A stretch of DNA of 64,000 nt, taken from Terriglobia bacterium (GTDB taxonomy: Bacteria; Acidobacteriota; Terriglobia; 20CM-2-55-15). A model generated the notes under the pieces. It had not been told where the DNA came from. It ran no database searches and saw only the letters and a list, made by a program, of their open reading frames with translations. Every line of letters starts with the position of its first letter. Position 1 is the stretch's first letter. The stretch is taken from positions 448,001 to 512,000 of the forward strand of contig CAXWPJ010000010.1 in assembly GCA_963664115.2 (NCBI GenBank), written 5' to 3'. Shown one piece after another: positions 1 to 10,977 of this stretch. The translations under genes and the position numbers were made by a program.

Positions 1-817
1 GTCAGATGGCCGCGGACAAGGAAGCGGGACGGAACACCAAAGATCACAAACCCGGATGCGGAAAGAAGCCATTCAAACGTCCCATGGGGGAACCTAAACC
101 TACGGCCCAGGACAACTTCACCGACCCGGAAAGCCGGATCATGAAGACCTCCACCGAAGGGTTCCAGCAATGCTACAACGCGCAAGCGGTGGTGGATTTC
201 CAGGCCCGGATCATCGTGGCAACAACGGTGACTGACAATGCATCGGATGTGGGGCAGTTGGAACCCACGCTGGATGCGTTGAGCGACAATCTGGGGGAGC
301 GTCCCGACCGCGTACTGGCCGATGCGGGATATCGATCCGAGTCAAATCTGGGGATGTTGGAACAACGTCAGATTGACGGGTATGTGGCGATGGGTCGCGA
401 GAAGGATCTCGCCCGTGCCCCACTCCCACCCAAAGACACCGCTGTTGGTCGGATGATGAGAAAGATGAAAACCAAGCGTGGGCGTGACCGCTACCGGGCC
501 CGAAAGCACATTGGTGAGCCGCCCTTCGGGTGGATCAAGTCGCTGCTCGGATTCCGACAGTTCAGTCTACGCGGTTTGGACAACGTGACCGGGGAGTGGA
601 ATCTGGTCACTCTGGCGGTGAACTTACGACGGATGAATGGGAAGATCGAATGGGCATAATCCGGAAAACCGCAACCCGGCAGACCCGATACACGGCCAAT
701 TGGGGGGTGTCCGTACAACTCTGAATTCGTCGTATCGGAAGAATCGGTCGGTTCTCCTCCGAAGACCCTCTCAAATCCCAATCAATCCGAGTTCTTTGCG
801 CTCTGCCGCGCAGACTC
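1..817 (+). mobile_element. 3' part of an IS1182-family insertion sequence (transposase C-terminus to 659, then right end)
   Basis: ORF to 659 has NFTDPESRIMK, YNAQ, ADAGY and EPPFGWIK...GFRQFSLRG motifs typical of IS1182 DDE transposases; putative end ...GCAGACTC followed by CTAG at 818-821. Confidence 0.8.
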
Positions 818-1029
818 CTAGGCGACGTTTTAATTTACAAAGCGACGGTTTTTTAGGCTGATGGAACCGGCACCGGTCCCATGAAGAATGGACGAGTGGC
901 AGGCCCTGCCGTCGCTCGCAAGGCATAGAGTTCGGGTTTCCAAGGACAGGAATGGAGGCGGGTGATCACCTTCGAGGTTCTAAGTGACCGCACGGCAGCG
1001 GTCCTTGAAAGGATTCAGGCTCTTATCGC

Positions 1030-1776
1030 TCAACGTCCGTAAGCGAGGCGTTCGATGAGGTAGCGTGGCAGGCCGACCTTTTCCATCTTTTCCTGTGTGA
1101 CTTCGATCGAGTATTCGGCCCGATAAAACTCCAGCCGAAGCTCGTCGCTGTCCCATATCAGGAACGCGCTTCGTGTATCTCCGTCGCGGGGCTGACCGAC
1201 CGAACCGGGATTGATCAAATATTGCATGTCGTTGCGCAGATGTGTGGTGACTGAATCCTGGATATCTTTCTGAAGCTCTTCGACGATGTTGCCCGATCGG
1301 TCGCATGTGTAAACGGCCGGATGGTGGCTGTGTCCGAAGAAAGTGAGATGCATTTCGGTCAGGAGGAAGCTTTCGGCGGCGTGACTTTCCGCCATGATGT
1401 AATCATCTTCATCCGTGACTGCACCATGAACCAGTTGCGCCCGGGCGTCGATTTCGAGAGGGCCAACCGGCAGGGCACGCAGGTACGCATGGTTTTTTTC
1501 AGTCAGGGTGTTGCGCGTCCAGAATGCGGCGGCTTTTGCGTGGGGATTGAAGCCGGTCGGTTCGTCCTGGCCACAGGCGACGCGGTCGTGGTTGCCACGG
1601 ATGGTCACTGCCTGAAGGTCGCTGAGTTTTTCGACGGCTTCGTTCGGCTCAGGGCCGTAGCCGACGATGTCGCCACAGCAGATGACCGAATCGAATCCGG
1701 CTTCGTCGGCGCGCGCGAGACTGGCGTCCATTGCTGCCATGTTCGCGTGAATGTCGCTGAGCAAAAGGCGCCGCAT
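1030..1776 (-). CDS. Metallophosphoesterase (calcineurin-like)
   Basis: DIHAN, GDIVGYG, GNHD, HG, GHSH and NPGSVGQPRD motifs; likely start ATG at 1776. Confidence 0.92.
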   Translation of the reverse strand: MRRLLLSDIHANMAAMDASLARADEAGFDSVICCGDIVGYGPEPNEAVEKLSDLQAVTIRGNHDRVACGQDEPTGFNPHAKAAAFWTRNTLTEKNHAYLRALPVGPLEIDARAQLVHGAVTDEDDYIMAESHAAESFLLTEMHLTFFGHSHHPAVYTCDRSGNIVEELQKDIQDSVTTHLRNDMQYLINPGSVGQPRDGDTRSAFLIWDSDELRLEFYRAEYSIEVTQEKMEKVGLPRYLIERLAYGR

Positions 1777-1862
1777 TATCGTCTCAATCCGACCTCGTAG
1801 GTGCCGCATCGAGCCCTTCGGGCCCGGCCGTTGCCTGTGTGCCTTTGGTGTATGATGTCGCG

Positions 1863-2549
1863 ATGAACCCCAAAGCTGTCATTGCCTTCTGCATTGCCCT
1901 CGCAGGCCTTGCAGCGGGTACCGGGGCACTCTCGGAAATCAACAGTGAGCAGGGGTCCGACGCTCTCCTCTGGGTGATGGTATCACGCTTCGGAATCGTG
2001 GCTGTTTTCGCGGCCCTCGGCATTTACTCTGCCCGGGAGAGCCGGATGAGGGCGTCGATCATACTGACGGCGGATGACCCCCGTGCCGCGTTTCAGGACC
2101 TCCTCAATTACGGCATCCTGCCCGGCTTCATGATCGGTCTCATCAATTACCTTTTCTTTTTTTTCAATCGCTATAGTCCCAGGATTGCCCCCAGGATTCG
2201 AGGTATGGAAGACGTTTACGATGCCTTTCTGGTCTCTCTCGATACGAGCATATTCGAGGAGGTCGTTTATCGTCTGTTCATCATGTCGTGCCTCATGTTT
2301 CTAATCCAGCACTTGTATCAGGGCATCAAATCCGTGTGGCCCGTTGTGGTTTCGGTTCTGCCCCGGGCCATGGCTCTGGTTCTTTCCTCCTTGTTGTTTG
2401 CGGTGGCACATAATGTTTATGGCTTCACCGGGGCTTTCTGCGGTGGCCTGATGTTGGGATTCATATTCATGAAGAGTGGTATCGAGAGCGCGATCGCGGC
2501 GCACTTCGTCGCGAACTTTCTGTTCTTCAGCGTGTCCTACCTGTCTTAA
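1863..2549 (+). CDS. CPBP (Abi/CAAX-like) intramembrane metalloprotease
   Basis: Multi-TM protein with EEVVYR, FAVAH and H-x3-N motifs. Confidence 0.8.
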   Translation: MNPKAVIAFCIALAGLAAGTGALSEINSEQGSDALLWVMVSRFGIVAVFAALGIYSARESRMRASIILTADDPRAAFQDLLNYGILPGFMIGLINYLFFFFNRYSPRIAPRIRGMEDVYDAFLVSLDTSIFEEVVYRLFIMSCLMFLIQHLYQGIKSVWPVVVSVLPRAMALVLSSLLFAVAHNVYGFTGAFCGGLMLGFIFMKSGIESAIAAHFVANFLFFSVSYLS

Positions 2550-2615
2550 AAGACGGGGTTGGGCTTAGAGTAAGAGATTTCAAAGGCAACTCTCGTGAAA
2601 CGGGGAATACTGAGC

Positions 2616-4097
2616 ATGCAAGCGAAAACATTGGGTGAGCTTCGGTCGGGTCCATACGGAACTTCACCGCACCGGGCTCGCTCCGTCAAGGATGAGATGC
2701 GGGCCAACCTTATTCAAAAACTGGCGACAGGTGAAGCAATATTTCCCGGCGTGTTGGGTTATGAAGACACCGTGGTGCCGCATGTTGTCAACGCGGTGCT
2801 ATCGCGTCACAACATGATCCTGCTGGGCTTGAGGGGACAGGCCAAGAGCCGCATCCTGCGCCAACTCGCCGACCTCCTCGATGCAGAGATTCCGGTTATT
2901 GACGGATGCGAGATCAAGGACCATCCGTTCCGTCCTATTTGCCGGCGTTGCCGGAACCTGGTTGCCAAAATGGGGGACGAAACACCCATTGCCTACATAT
3001 CGCGCGACGAGCGGTATGTCGAAAAACTGGCGACACCTGATGTGACCATCGCCGATATGATCGGAGACATCGATCCCATCAAAGCGGCCAAGAGCGGCGA
3101 ATCGCTTGGCAGTGAGTTGACGATTCACTATGGACTGCTACCGAGGGCGAACCGCGGAATCTTTTCGATTAACGAGCTTCCTGACCTGGCGGGCAAAATT
3201 CAGGTTGGCCTGTTCAACATCATGCAGGAAGGCGACGTTCAGATTAAGGGCTACCCGGTACGTCTTCCGCTGGATGTCGTATTAGTCTTTTCGGCGAATC
3301 CGGAAGACTACACGGCGCGCGGCAAAATCGTTACGCCGCTAAAAGACCGCATCGGTTCTGAAATCAAAACGCACTATCCGGCCCAGATCGAACACGGTGT
3401 GGCGATTACCAAACAGGAAGCCTGGACCGAACGCGACGGTAGCGATGTAAAGGTCCCCGAGTACCTGCGAGAGCTTGTCGAAGGAATCGCGTTCAAGGCG
3501 CGGACGGACCAACGGATCGATAAAGGATCGGGAGTGAGTCAACGGCTGCCGATTTCCTGTTTGGAAAACATGGTCAGCAATGCCGAGCGGCGGCGGATCT
3601 TGCTCGGAGAAGACGAGGCAGTCATACGTATTGTGGACGTTTATGCCGCGCTGCCCGCGATAACAGGCAAGCTCGAGCTCGAGTACGAGGGCGAACTGAA
3701 AGGCGCGGAATCTGTCGCGCGGGATCTGATCCGGCAGGCCGTGCAGGTGGTGTTCCGCAAGCAGTTTCCGAAGAGCGACTTTAAATCCGTGACCGAGTGG
3801 TTCGAGATGGGCGGAACGCTGAAGATGTCCGACATGGAAGCGCTCGCCGATGTCCTGGCCGTTTTGAGCAATGTTGAAGGCCTGATGGATCTGGTCGGTT
3901 CGCTGGGAATTGGAGCCGGCTCGTCCACGGGTGAACGTGTCTCTGCCGCGGAGTTTATTCTTGAAGGACTGTGTTCGCTCGACAAGATCACACGCTCTGA
4001 AGAAAGTATCTACCGCTCTTCCGAACGGAAGTCCGTTGACGACCTGTATCGGGATTACGCCATCGACCCGAAGCGTTTCAAGAAACCATTAAATTGA
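2616..4097 (+). CDS. Magnesium-chelatase-like AAA+ ATPase
   Basis: GLRGQAKS Walker A, INELPDL Walker B-like, SANPEDYT; adjacent to a VWA gene. Confidence 0.88.
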   Translation: MQAKTLGELRSGPYGTSPHRARSVKDEMRANLIQKLATGEAIFPGVLGYEDTVVPHVVNAVLSRHNMILLGLRGQAKSRILRQLADLLDAEIPVIDGCEIKDHPFRPICRRCRNLVAKMGDETPIAYISRDERYVEKLATPDVTIADMIGDIDPIKAAKSGESLGSELTIHYGLLPRANRGIFSINELPDLAGKIQVGLFNIMQEGDVQIKGYPVRLPLDVVLVFSANPEDYTARGKIVTPLKDRIGSEIKTHYPAQIEHGVAITKQEAWTERDGSDVKVPEYLRELVEGIAFKARTDQRIDKGSGVSQRLPISCLENMVSNAERRRILLGEDEAVIRIVDVYAALPAITGKLELEYEGELKGAESVARDLIRQAVQVVFRKQFPKSDFKSVTEWFEMGGTLKMSDMEALADVLAVLSNVEGLMDLVGSLGIGAGSSTGERVSAAEFILEGLCSLDKITRSEESIYRSSERKSVDDLYRDYAIDPKRFKKPLN

Positions 4098-4115
4098 TAC
4101 GCCGATTCGAGACCC

Positions 4116-5360
4116 ATGCCCAAGATCAAGTACACGAAGTACACACCCTTGCTGCTGGACGGATTGAGCATTGAAGACCTGCTCGATTCGCTCTCGGATT
4201 TCCTTTTGCAGAGCGGATACCAGTACGGATTCGAAGATGCCACCCGCCCACGCAATATGGACTCATTGCGTCAGGCCATCATGGAGAAGCTGGTCGAAAC
4301 GGGCCGGATTCCACCAAAGCTGATGGAGGAGTGGATGAACGATCCCAACGAAGGTGAGGGTGGGGAAATGGACAAGATGCTGGACGATCTGATCCGGCGG
4401 ATGGTGGATGGCGGATGGATTCAGCAGCATCTGGAAGGCGACGCTCCACCTCCGCCTCAAGATGGAACCGGGACCGAGGAAGAAGCGCAAGGCGAAGCGC
4501 GTTTTGAAATGACCGACCAGTCGATCGACTTTCTCGGCTTCCGCGCACTGCGCCATCTCCTGGGGTCGTTAGGTAAGAGTAGTTTCGGGCGTCACGAAAC
4601 GGCTCACCTCTCCACGGGCGTCGAAGCGTATCAGTCATCGAAACCCTACGAGTTCGGCGACACCTTGAACCTCGACATCAGTCAAACGCTGTTGAGCGCG
4701 TTGTCGCGTGAGGGTCTGGGTGTGCCGATTAACATCGAGGCGAGCGATCTCCAGGTACACCAGGCCGACTATGAAAGCTCATGCGCTACCGTATTGATGC
4801 TCGATACCAGCCACAGCATGATTCTTTACGGTGAAGACCGATTTACTCCGGCCAAGCGCGTGGCGCTGGCTCTGTCCCATCTCATTCGCACGCAGTATCC
4901 CGGCGATTCGCTGAGGATGGTGTTGTTTCACGATTCGGCTGAAGAGATCCCTTTCAAGAAGCTTGCCCGTGCTGTGGTGGGTCCTTACCACACGAACACA
5001 CGTGAAGGTTTGCGCCTGGCTCGGAAGATTCTGATGTCGGAAAAGAAAGATATGCGCCAGATCATCATGATTACCGATGGCAAACCCTCGGCCATGACGC
5101 TGCCAAACGGACGCATTTACAAGAACGCTTTCGGTTTGGACCCGGTCATTCTTGAAGAGACCTTCAAGGAAGTCGCTATTTGCCGCAAGGCCGGTATCCT
5201 GATCAATACCTTTATGCTCGCAAACGACCGATACCTGGTGGAATTCGTCAAGAAGGTGACGGAAATCGCGCGTGGCAAAGCCTACTTCACCTCAACCGCC
5301 ACGTTGGGTCAGTACCTGCTGATGGATTACCTGAAGAAGAAAGTGGAAACCATACACTAA
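4116..5360 (+). CDS. VWA domain protein, partner of the AAA ATPase
   Basis: MIDAS motif DTSHS, TNT, ITDGKPS. Confidence 0.88.
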   Translation: MPKIKYTKYTPLLLDGLSIEDLLDSLSDFLLQSGYQYGFEDATRPRNMDSLRQAIMEKLVETGRIPPKLMEEWMNDPNEGEGGEMDKMLDDLIRRMVDGGWIQQHLEGDAPPPPQDGTGTEEEAQGEARFEMTDQSIDFLGFRALRHLLGSLGKSSFGRHETAHLSTGVEAYQSSKPYEFGDTLNLDISQTLLSALSREGLGVPINIEASDLQVHQADYESSCATVLMLDTSHSMILYGEDRFTPAKRVALALSHLIRTQYPGDSLRMVLFHDSAEEIPFKKLARAVVGPYHTNTREGLRLARKILMSEKKDMRQIIMITDGKPSAMTLPNGRIYKNAFGLDPVILEETFKEVAICRKAGILINTFMLANDRYLVEFVKKVTEIARGKAYFTSTATLGQYLLMDYLKKKVETIH

Positions 5361-5419
5361 CGTTCCGTCTCCCCCGCCGATCGCATTCGGTTTCCGCCCT
5401 TAACATTTTTCCAGACAAC

Positions 5420-5444
5420 AAAAAGCCCCGCCAAGCGGCGGGGC
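5420..5444 (-). terminator. Intrinsic terminator-like hairpin (U-tract on minus strand)
   Basis: AAAAA-GCCCCGCC-AAGC-GGCGGGGC perfect 8-bp GC stem. Confidence 0.6.
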
Positions 5445-5933
5445 ACAATAAGTTTTTTCTCTTTACAACTCTTGCTCACCTAACTTGGGTAAGCAGCTTG
5501 TGTGGTTATTTGTAAAAGAAGTGCACGCAAAATTCAAAAGAAAAATAACACTTCCTTTTCAAAACGAAACACGAGAGTTAACGTCTTAACACGCGCGCTG
5601 TGAAACCCGTACCAGTTCAGCGTTACAGCGCGCCGTTCGATGAGTATTGAAAAGGCAGACTCAAAATTTTTTCAAAAAAAATAACGACATGCATTGCGAA
5701 TGCGTTTCAAAGCGATGTGCGCGAAGAAAAACGCAGCAAATTGTTTCTCACCAACTTTGTTTCGAACGAGGCGCGAATGTTCATTAGAAGCGCACCCGCT
5801 CGCGTGAACTTCCCGGCCGTATTTACCGAAGAGAGCTATCCTTATGGAAAGTCCTGTTGATAAACTTTGAGCATTGCCATGGAGCGAAGAACTTCCTCGG
5901 CACCCAGTCCGTAAGAGAGTCTGCAAGAGATCT

Positions 5934-7334
5934 ATGAGTGTGATGAAGAAATTATTAATTGCTGTACTTCTGATTGCTGTTGTTGGCGGTGCAGTGACCA
6001 CCGTCGTCGTCCGGCGAAATCGCGACATTGTGTTGGTTGACACCGAACGTGTGTTCCGTCAGGACCTGGCTCAGTCTATTGTTGCCAACGGTGAAATCCG
6101 GCCTAAGCAGTACGTCAACATCAGCTCGAATGCTTTTGGCCGCATCGTGAGCTTGCCGGTGAGCGAGGGCGACCAGGTGGACACGGCGCAATTTCTGGCG
6201 CAGATCGAATCGGTGCAGACCGAGGCTGAAGTGCAAAGCGCGCAGGCGGGTCTGGACGCAGCGGCTTCCGAACTTGAAGGCATGGAGGCGTCGATCCGAT
6301 CAGGGGAAGCATCCCTGGCCAGCGCCGAAGCGGAGAAGAGAAGAATCGAGGCAGACTTCGCCCGTTCGGAACTGGAATTCGACCGCGCAAAGGAAATGTT
6401 GGAAGAAGGGTTGATTTCGCGCGAGCAATTCGACCGGCAGGAATCGGCGTTCCGTGTGGGGATTGCCCAGGTCGAAGCGGCGGATGCGCGCATCGCCCAG
6501 GCCGATGCCGAATCGGCACGGATGCGGACCCAACGGGACGGATTGACGTTTCGGATGGGACAGCAACGTGCGGCCCTGACCCGGGCCCGCGATGAACTGA
6601 GGAAGACGACGATCACTTCTCCGCTCTCGGGAGTGATCACATACTTGCCGGTCAACGAAGGCGAGATCGCCATTGTTGGTGTTCAGAACCAGCCGGGAAC
6701 AACCCTGATGACTATAGCTGACCTTTCGGTAATCACGGCCGAACTCAGGGTGGATGAAACCGATATCGTGAGTCTCAAACTTGGCCAGAGAACTGAAGTT
6801 CGTGTGGATGCTTTAGGCGACCGCATCCTGGGCGGATACGTTTCCGAGATTGGCAATACCGCGCTTACGGAAGGTGGTGGGGGTGTCGTTTCCACCACGC
6901 CCACTACAGATCAGGCCAAAGACTTTAAAGTCGTCATTACGCTGGATGACCCTCCGGACGAGTTGCGTCCGGGCCTCTCGTGCACGGCAAGCATTGAAAC
7001 CGCCATGGAGTCCAACGTTCTCACGATTCCGATTCAGGCGCTGACCATCCGCGAAATCGATGAAATCGATGTTCCCGATTTTGTGGAAAATCCAGTCGTC
7101 ATACCGTCCAGGCCCGGAGAACCCGCCAAGGTCGAACAGGAAGGCGTATTCGTGGTCAACGGCGAGACCGTAATCTTTGGGCCGGTTCAGACCGGTATTT
7201 TCGGTACCACGGATGTCGAAATAGTGAACGGTCTTGCCGAAGGCGACGAAATTGTTACCGGAAGCTACCGGGTCCTTCGAACACTCGAAGAGGATGCGCG
7301 GGTCAGGGTCGAAGACAACGATGAAAGTTCGTGA
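5934..7334 (+). CDS. Efflux periplasmic adaptor (MacA/HlyD-like)
   Basis: N-terminal TM, lipoyl-like halves (VSEGDQV, SPLSGVI), coiled coil, VDETDI, LRPGLS. Confidence 0.9.
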   Translation: MSVMKKLLIAVLLIAVVGGAVTTVVVRRNRDIVLVDTERVFRQDLAQSIVANGEIRPKQYVNISSNAFGRIVSLPVSEGDQVDTAQFLAQIESVQTEAEVQSAQAGLDAAASELEGMEASIRSGEASLASAEAEKRRIEADFARSELEFDRAKEMLEEGLISREQFDRQESAFRVGIAQVEAADARIAQADAESARMRTQRDGLTFRMGQQRAALTRARDELRKTTITSPLSGVITYLPVNEGEIAIVGVQNQPGTTLMTIADLSVITAELRVDETDIVSLKLGQRTEVRVDALGDRILGGYVSEIGNTALTEGGGGVVSTTPTTDQAKDFKVVITLDDPPDELRPGLSCTASIETAMESNVLTIPIQALTIREIDEIDVPDFVENPVVIPSRPGEPAKVEQEGVFVVNGETVIFGPVQTGIFGTTDVEIVNGLAEGDEIVTGSYRVLRTLEEDARVRVEDNDESS

Positions 7335-8052
7335 GGCGACGGCTGAAATAATCCGCACCGAAGATCTCTGGAAGACCTACACGATGGGCGTGGACAACGT
7401 GATCCACGCTCTGGCTAGCGTTACACTTCGGATACAAGCTAACGAATACGTCGCGATCATGGGGCCGTCGGGATCGGGCAAGTCTACCTTGATGAATCTG
7501 ATCGGCTGTCTCGACACGCCCAGCCAGGGCCAATACTGGCTGAATGGTAAGCTTGCCAGCGACATGGACGACGACGAACTGGCCCAAATCCGAAACAAGG
7601 AAATCGGTTTCGTTTTTCAGACCTTCAACCTCCTGCCGCGCGCCAGCGCGCTGCACAACGTCGAGTTACCACTCATATACAGCGGCATGTTGACCCGCGA
7701 ACGCCGGGAACGCGCCATGGCAGCGTTGGAAATGGTCGAACTCGAAGACCGGCAAAGCCATCGACCCAGCGAGCTTTCCGGCGGGCAGCGCCAGAGGGTG
7801 GCCATCGCCCGCGCACTGGTCAACCGGCCAACAATTCTTCTGGCGGACGAACCCATCGGTAACCTGGATTCCCAGACCGGCGCCGAAATCATGCAACTGT
7901 TCGCCCGTCTCCACGAAGACGGGAACACGATCATCCTGGTGACCCACGAGCAGAGTGTCGCACGCTCGGCCCACCGCGTTATTCATATCCTCGATGGACG
8001 GATCGACAGGGATGAGCGTGTCACGGATTCAATCCTAAACGTCAGCGATTGA
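7321..8052 (+). CDS. ABC transporter ATP-binding protein (MacB/LolD-like)
   Basis: [26 protein letters not shown]. Confidence 0.93.
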   Translation: MKVREATAEIIRTEDLWKTYTMGVDNVIHALASVTLRIQANEYVAIMGPSGSGKSTLMNLIGCLDTPSQGQYWLNGKLASDMDDDELAQIRNKEIGFVFQTFNLLPRASALHNVELPLIYSGMLTRERRERAMAALEMVELEDRQSHRPSELSGGQRQRVAIARALVNRPTILLADEPIGNLDSQTGAEIMQLFARLHEDGNTIILVTHEQSVARSAHRVIHILDGRIDRDERVTDSILNVSD

Positions 8053-8166
8053 GGCGCATTCTTGCCTTGCGCGGATTTCTGACAATTAAAGACGAGTTTG
8101 TTGTGTGCCTGTTTTACCTTCCCTTGTACGATGTTCGAAGACTGGATGGTGCAATAGAGGACCCCC

Positions 8167-8634
8167 ATGGCTGACTTGGAAACAGGCCCCCTACAGAGCA
8201 GTCCCGACGACGAGAACCTCCGGGACGGGCTTGAGGAATTAGAAGAACTACGCCGGGAGCGGCGAGAATTTTTTACAAAGGTCTTCTTTGGATTTCTTGG
8301 CCTGGTGGCACTCGTCGCACTCGTGGTTTTTTTCCCCACAATAAACCGGCGCGCTGCAGGCGGTCTGAGGGCCGGTCAAGAGGCCATCGTCAGCAGGGCG
8401 TCCGTCGTCGGTGTGGACTTCGAGGCGTGGACCGAAGTGGCGGCTCTTGAGAACAACAATAACCAGATAGCGCTCAACCAGCTGATGGGCACGGGTCGAG
8501 CCTTCATCGTGAACGAAGGGTCGGACGTAGTTATTCTTGAAGTCAGATTCAACAGTGTGATGGTCCGCGCCTTGGACGGTACCAACGCCGGGAAGGAGGG
8601 CTGGCTGCGCTCGGGGAGCCTACGGGCCAACTAG
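8167..8634 (+). CDS. Hypothetical single-TM protein
   Basis: RBS GAGG upstream; one hydrophobic helix; its TAG stop is part of the IS1380 target. Confidence 0.65.
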   Translation: MADLETGPLQSSPDDENLRDGLEELEELRRERREFFTKVFFGFLGLVALVALVVFFPTINRRAAGGLRAGQEAIVSRASVVGVDFEAWTEVAALENNNNQIALNQLMGTGRAFIVNEGSDVVILEVRFNSVMVRALDGTNAGKEGWLRSGSLRAN

Positions 8635-8635
8635 T

Positions 8636-10482
8636 CCCAAAACAAGCGCATAACCAGTCCGCCGAGGCCCAGTTCGCGCCGATAGAATTCGAGGCATAGA
8701 ATCCCGTTCCCGGATGGCCTGTTCCAGGTATCGAGTTTCTGTTGAATCTGTTTCAGTTCAGCCTCGCTGGTGTTGGACGGTTGACAGAAACCGGGACCTC
8801 GATCGCCCGGGCTCAGAGTCATGATCGGGTCAACATCGCAGAGGCTGACGCAACACATCCACCCCGCGGAACAAGACCGGCAACCACCGGTTCCAGGCCA
8901 GGATCCGGAACAGAATGCGCCGCCCGGTGCGCACGAGTTGGCACGGCACAAGCATGAAAGCGTTCAAGAAGGTTTTGAACTCCATGCGCAGCACGGTTTG
9001 CTTCTCAGCCTGATATTTTTGGCCCCAACGTCCGGTTTCGGGAAGCAGCAATGCAAACCACGCTTTCAGTGTCCAGGCCAGTGACGCGATCACCATGTAG
9101 GCCCAGTTGCTGGTCTGATCTCCGACCGGCATCCGCAACGCCTGAACGCCGTTCTTCAACTGCTCAATGAGATTCTCCTGATTGCACCGTTGATTGGCAC
9201 GCATCACAATCTGGTCGGCCGGATCCGAACGGTTGGTAATGTAGAAGAAGTACCGGATGTCGTCAAACAACACCTGCTCTCCTTTGGCCACCGACAGATT
9301 CTTCCGCACCACGACGACACGGTAGTCCCGATCGCAGGCTCCGGGTCGATACCGAAACTCGGCCACATCCTCACCCTGCAAGCGGATATTGTCGAAACCG
9401 CGCTGCCGAACGATCTCTTCCTTCACGTTGTCGGGACGTTGGCGCGGTTCGGTCGCCACGTCGTATTTCGCGGGCCGTTCCAGGCGCTTCCACTGGCGCG
9501 GCTCCAGTTCATCGGCCCGGGCCTTCAGGTTCGCCATCGCGTCAATCCCGAATATGAAACCCACCTGCTGGTCGTCCCATCCGTCCAGATGCCGGGTCTG
9601 GCTGAAGTCCGTGTCCCCGCGCAGCAGGATCTGGCGAAACCCCGCATGCCGGCACAATGCGATGGCTTGGTCGAACCGGACCGCGGCTCCTTCATGCGAC
9701 GGCCGGTTGCCGCTACGATTGACCAGATACAGCGGTTCGGCGGTGTTGGCCAGCGAGATCATCAGCGGGTGATATCCCCACGTCCCGTCGTAGGCCACGT
9801 CCATCCCTTGCTTGCATTCCCCCGTGGTTTCGGCCAGTGTCCCGTCCGCGTCCAACACCGCTTCTTCGAAAAACGCCGCCGGTTGCTGTCGCCAGACTCC
9901 GAGCCGGACTTGATTGGTTGCCTCCATCAGACACTCCACGTCGTCGGCCTCGAATCTCCGGCAGAAGTCTCCCGCCGTCGTCGGATCCGGAATCCGTTGC
10001 GCTCCCAGCGCATCCAGATACACCGCATCGTTGCGCCGCAGTTCGATGTCTTCCAGGCACGTTCCTCCGCTCAAGGCGTTGTAGGCGATGTTCAGCACGT
10101 GATCCGACTCGTGATACGGCAGGTGCCGCTTCAACACATGCACGCCCTTGTCGATGGCTTCGATCAGCCCGGTCCGCCGCGCCACCAGTTGCATCGTCCC
10201 GATACCACCAACCGATGTGCCCCGCGTCCGCTCTCCCATCTCGTACTGAATGTTGCTCGCCGAAAACATCGGCTCTACCTGATCCGTCCAATGCCGGTCC
10301 CCAAGCCGACGTTCGATTCGCCGCTTGCGGTTCCTCATGTTCTTGCGCGTATAATCGTTCATCTGAAATGCCTCCTTTTCCGAAGAATCTGTTCAAGGTT
10401 TTTTTCGCACGGAGAGGGGGCATTTCGGGTACTTCCGCTCTTATTGCACTATCATTTCCTCGTCAATCACGCTTGTTCAGGG
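8636..10482 (-). mobile_element. IS1380-family element, copy 1 (1847 bp, intact)
   Basis: TIRs CCCAAAACAAGCG / CGCTTGTTCAGGG; flanks ACTAGT and TCTAGG; near-identical to three other copies. Confidence 0.9.
8830..10362 (-). CDS. IS1380-family DDE transposase (510 aa)
   Basis: LDADGT, GYHPL, LRGDTDF, ENLIEQLKNG motifs. Confidence 0.88.
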   Translation of the reverse strand: MNDYTRKNMRNRKRRIERRLGDRHWTDQVEPMFSASNIQYEMGERTRGTSVGGIGTMQLVARRTGLIEAIDKGVHVLKRHLPYHESDHVLNIAYNALSGGTCLEDIELRRNDAVYLDALGAQRIPDPTTAGDFCRRFEADDVECLMEATNQVRLGVWRQQPAAFFEEAVLDADGTLAETTGECKQGMDVAYDGTWGYHPLMISLANTAEPLYLVNRSGNRPSHEGAAVRFDQAIALCRHAGFRQILLRGDTDFSQTRHLDGWDDQQVGFIFGIDAMANLKARADELEPRQWKRLERPAKYDVATEPRQRPDNVKEEIVRQRGFDNIRLQGEDVAEFRYRPGACDRDYRVVVVRKNLSVAKGEQVLFDDIRYFFYITNRSDPADQIVMRANQRCNQENLIEQLKNGVQALRMPVGDQTSNWAYMVIASLAWTLKAWFALLLPETGRWGQKYQAEKQTVLRMEFKTFLNAFMLVPCQLVRTGRRILFRILAWNRWLPVLFRGVDVLRQPLRC

Positions 10483-10977
10483 TCTAGGTTGACTCTTCCG
10501 TTGGGCAGATCGTTGTTTTGTTGGGCAAATTGCTCCCGTTAGGCAAAGCCTGTTTATGGCCTCACAACCAGGATTTCCTTTTCCGGACTGGAGTCCCTAA
10601 GTAGGTGCCACAGCGCAACTTAGCAGTGATTTCCGTCCGGCCACGGAGCGTTGACAGAGTACCACGGCATGGTAGAAGGGGCGTAGTTCTCGGCGATGAA
10701 AGCCTGCGCGATGCGACTTCCCGCCTGGTTTCGAGAGAGAGCAGGGCCAGCTGTCGATAATAACGGACAGATTCCTGGACACCGGGGGCATCCTGCTGGC
10801 CTCGGCGAAACTGTGGCTCTTGCGGGACTAGCTTCGAATTCCCGCGCCCCAAGTCATTCTGATTTTCGGGTTATTCACCCGGGCAGCGAACGTCTACGTG
10901 CTCAGCCTCCTTCCCGATTTCCTGATTCGCTTCGTGTTGTAGCTCCTGACGCACAGCGTCGAGCCGGAGTCTCTTCT

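Noticed and set aside
9190-10542. Long antisense ORFs over transposases and other genes (also 17835-19265, 32161-33567, 52422-54023)
   Set aside because: Shadow ORFs of GC-rich coding strands with no recognisable motifs
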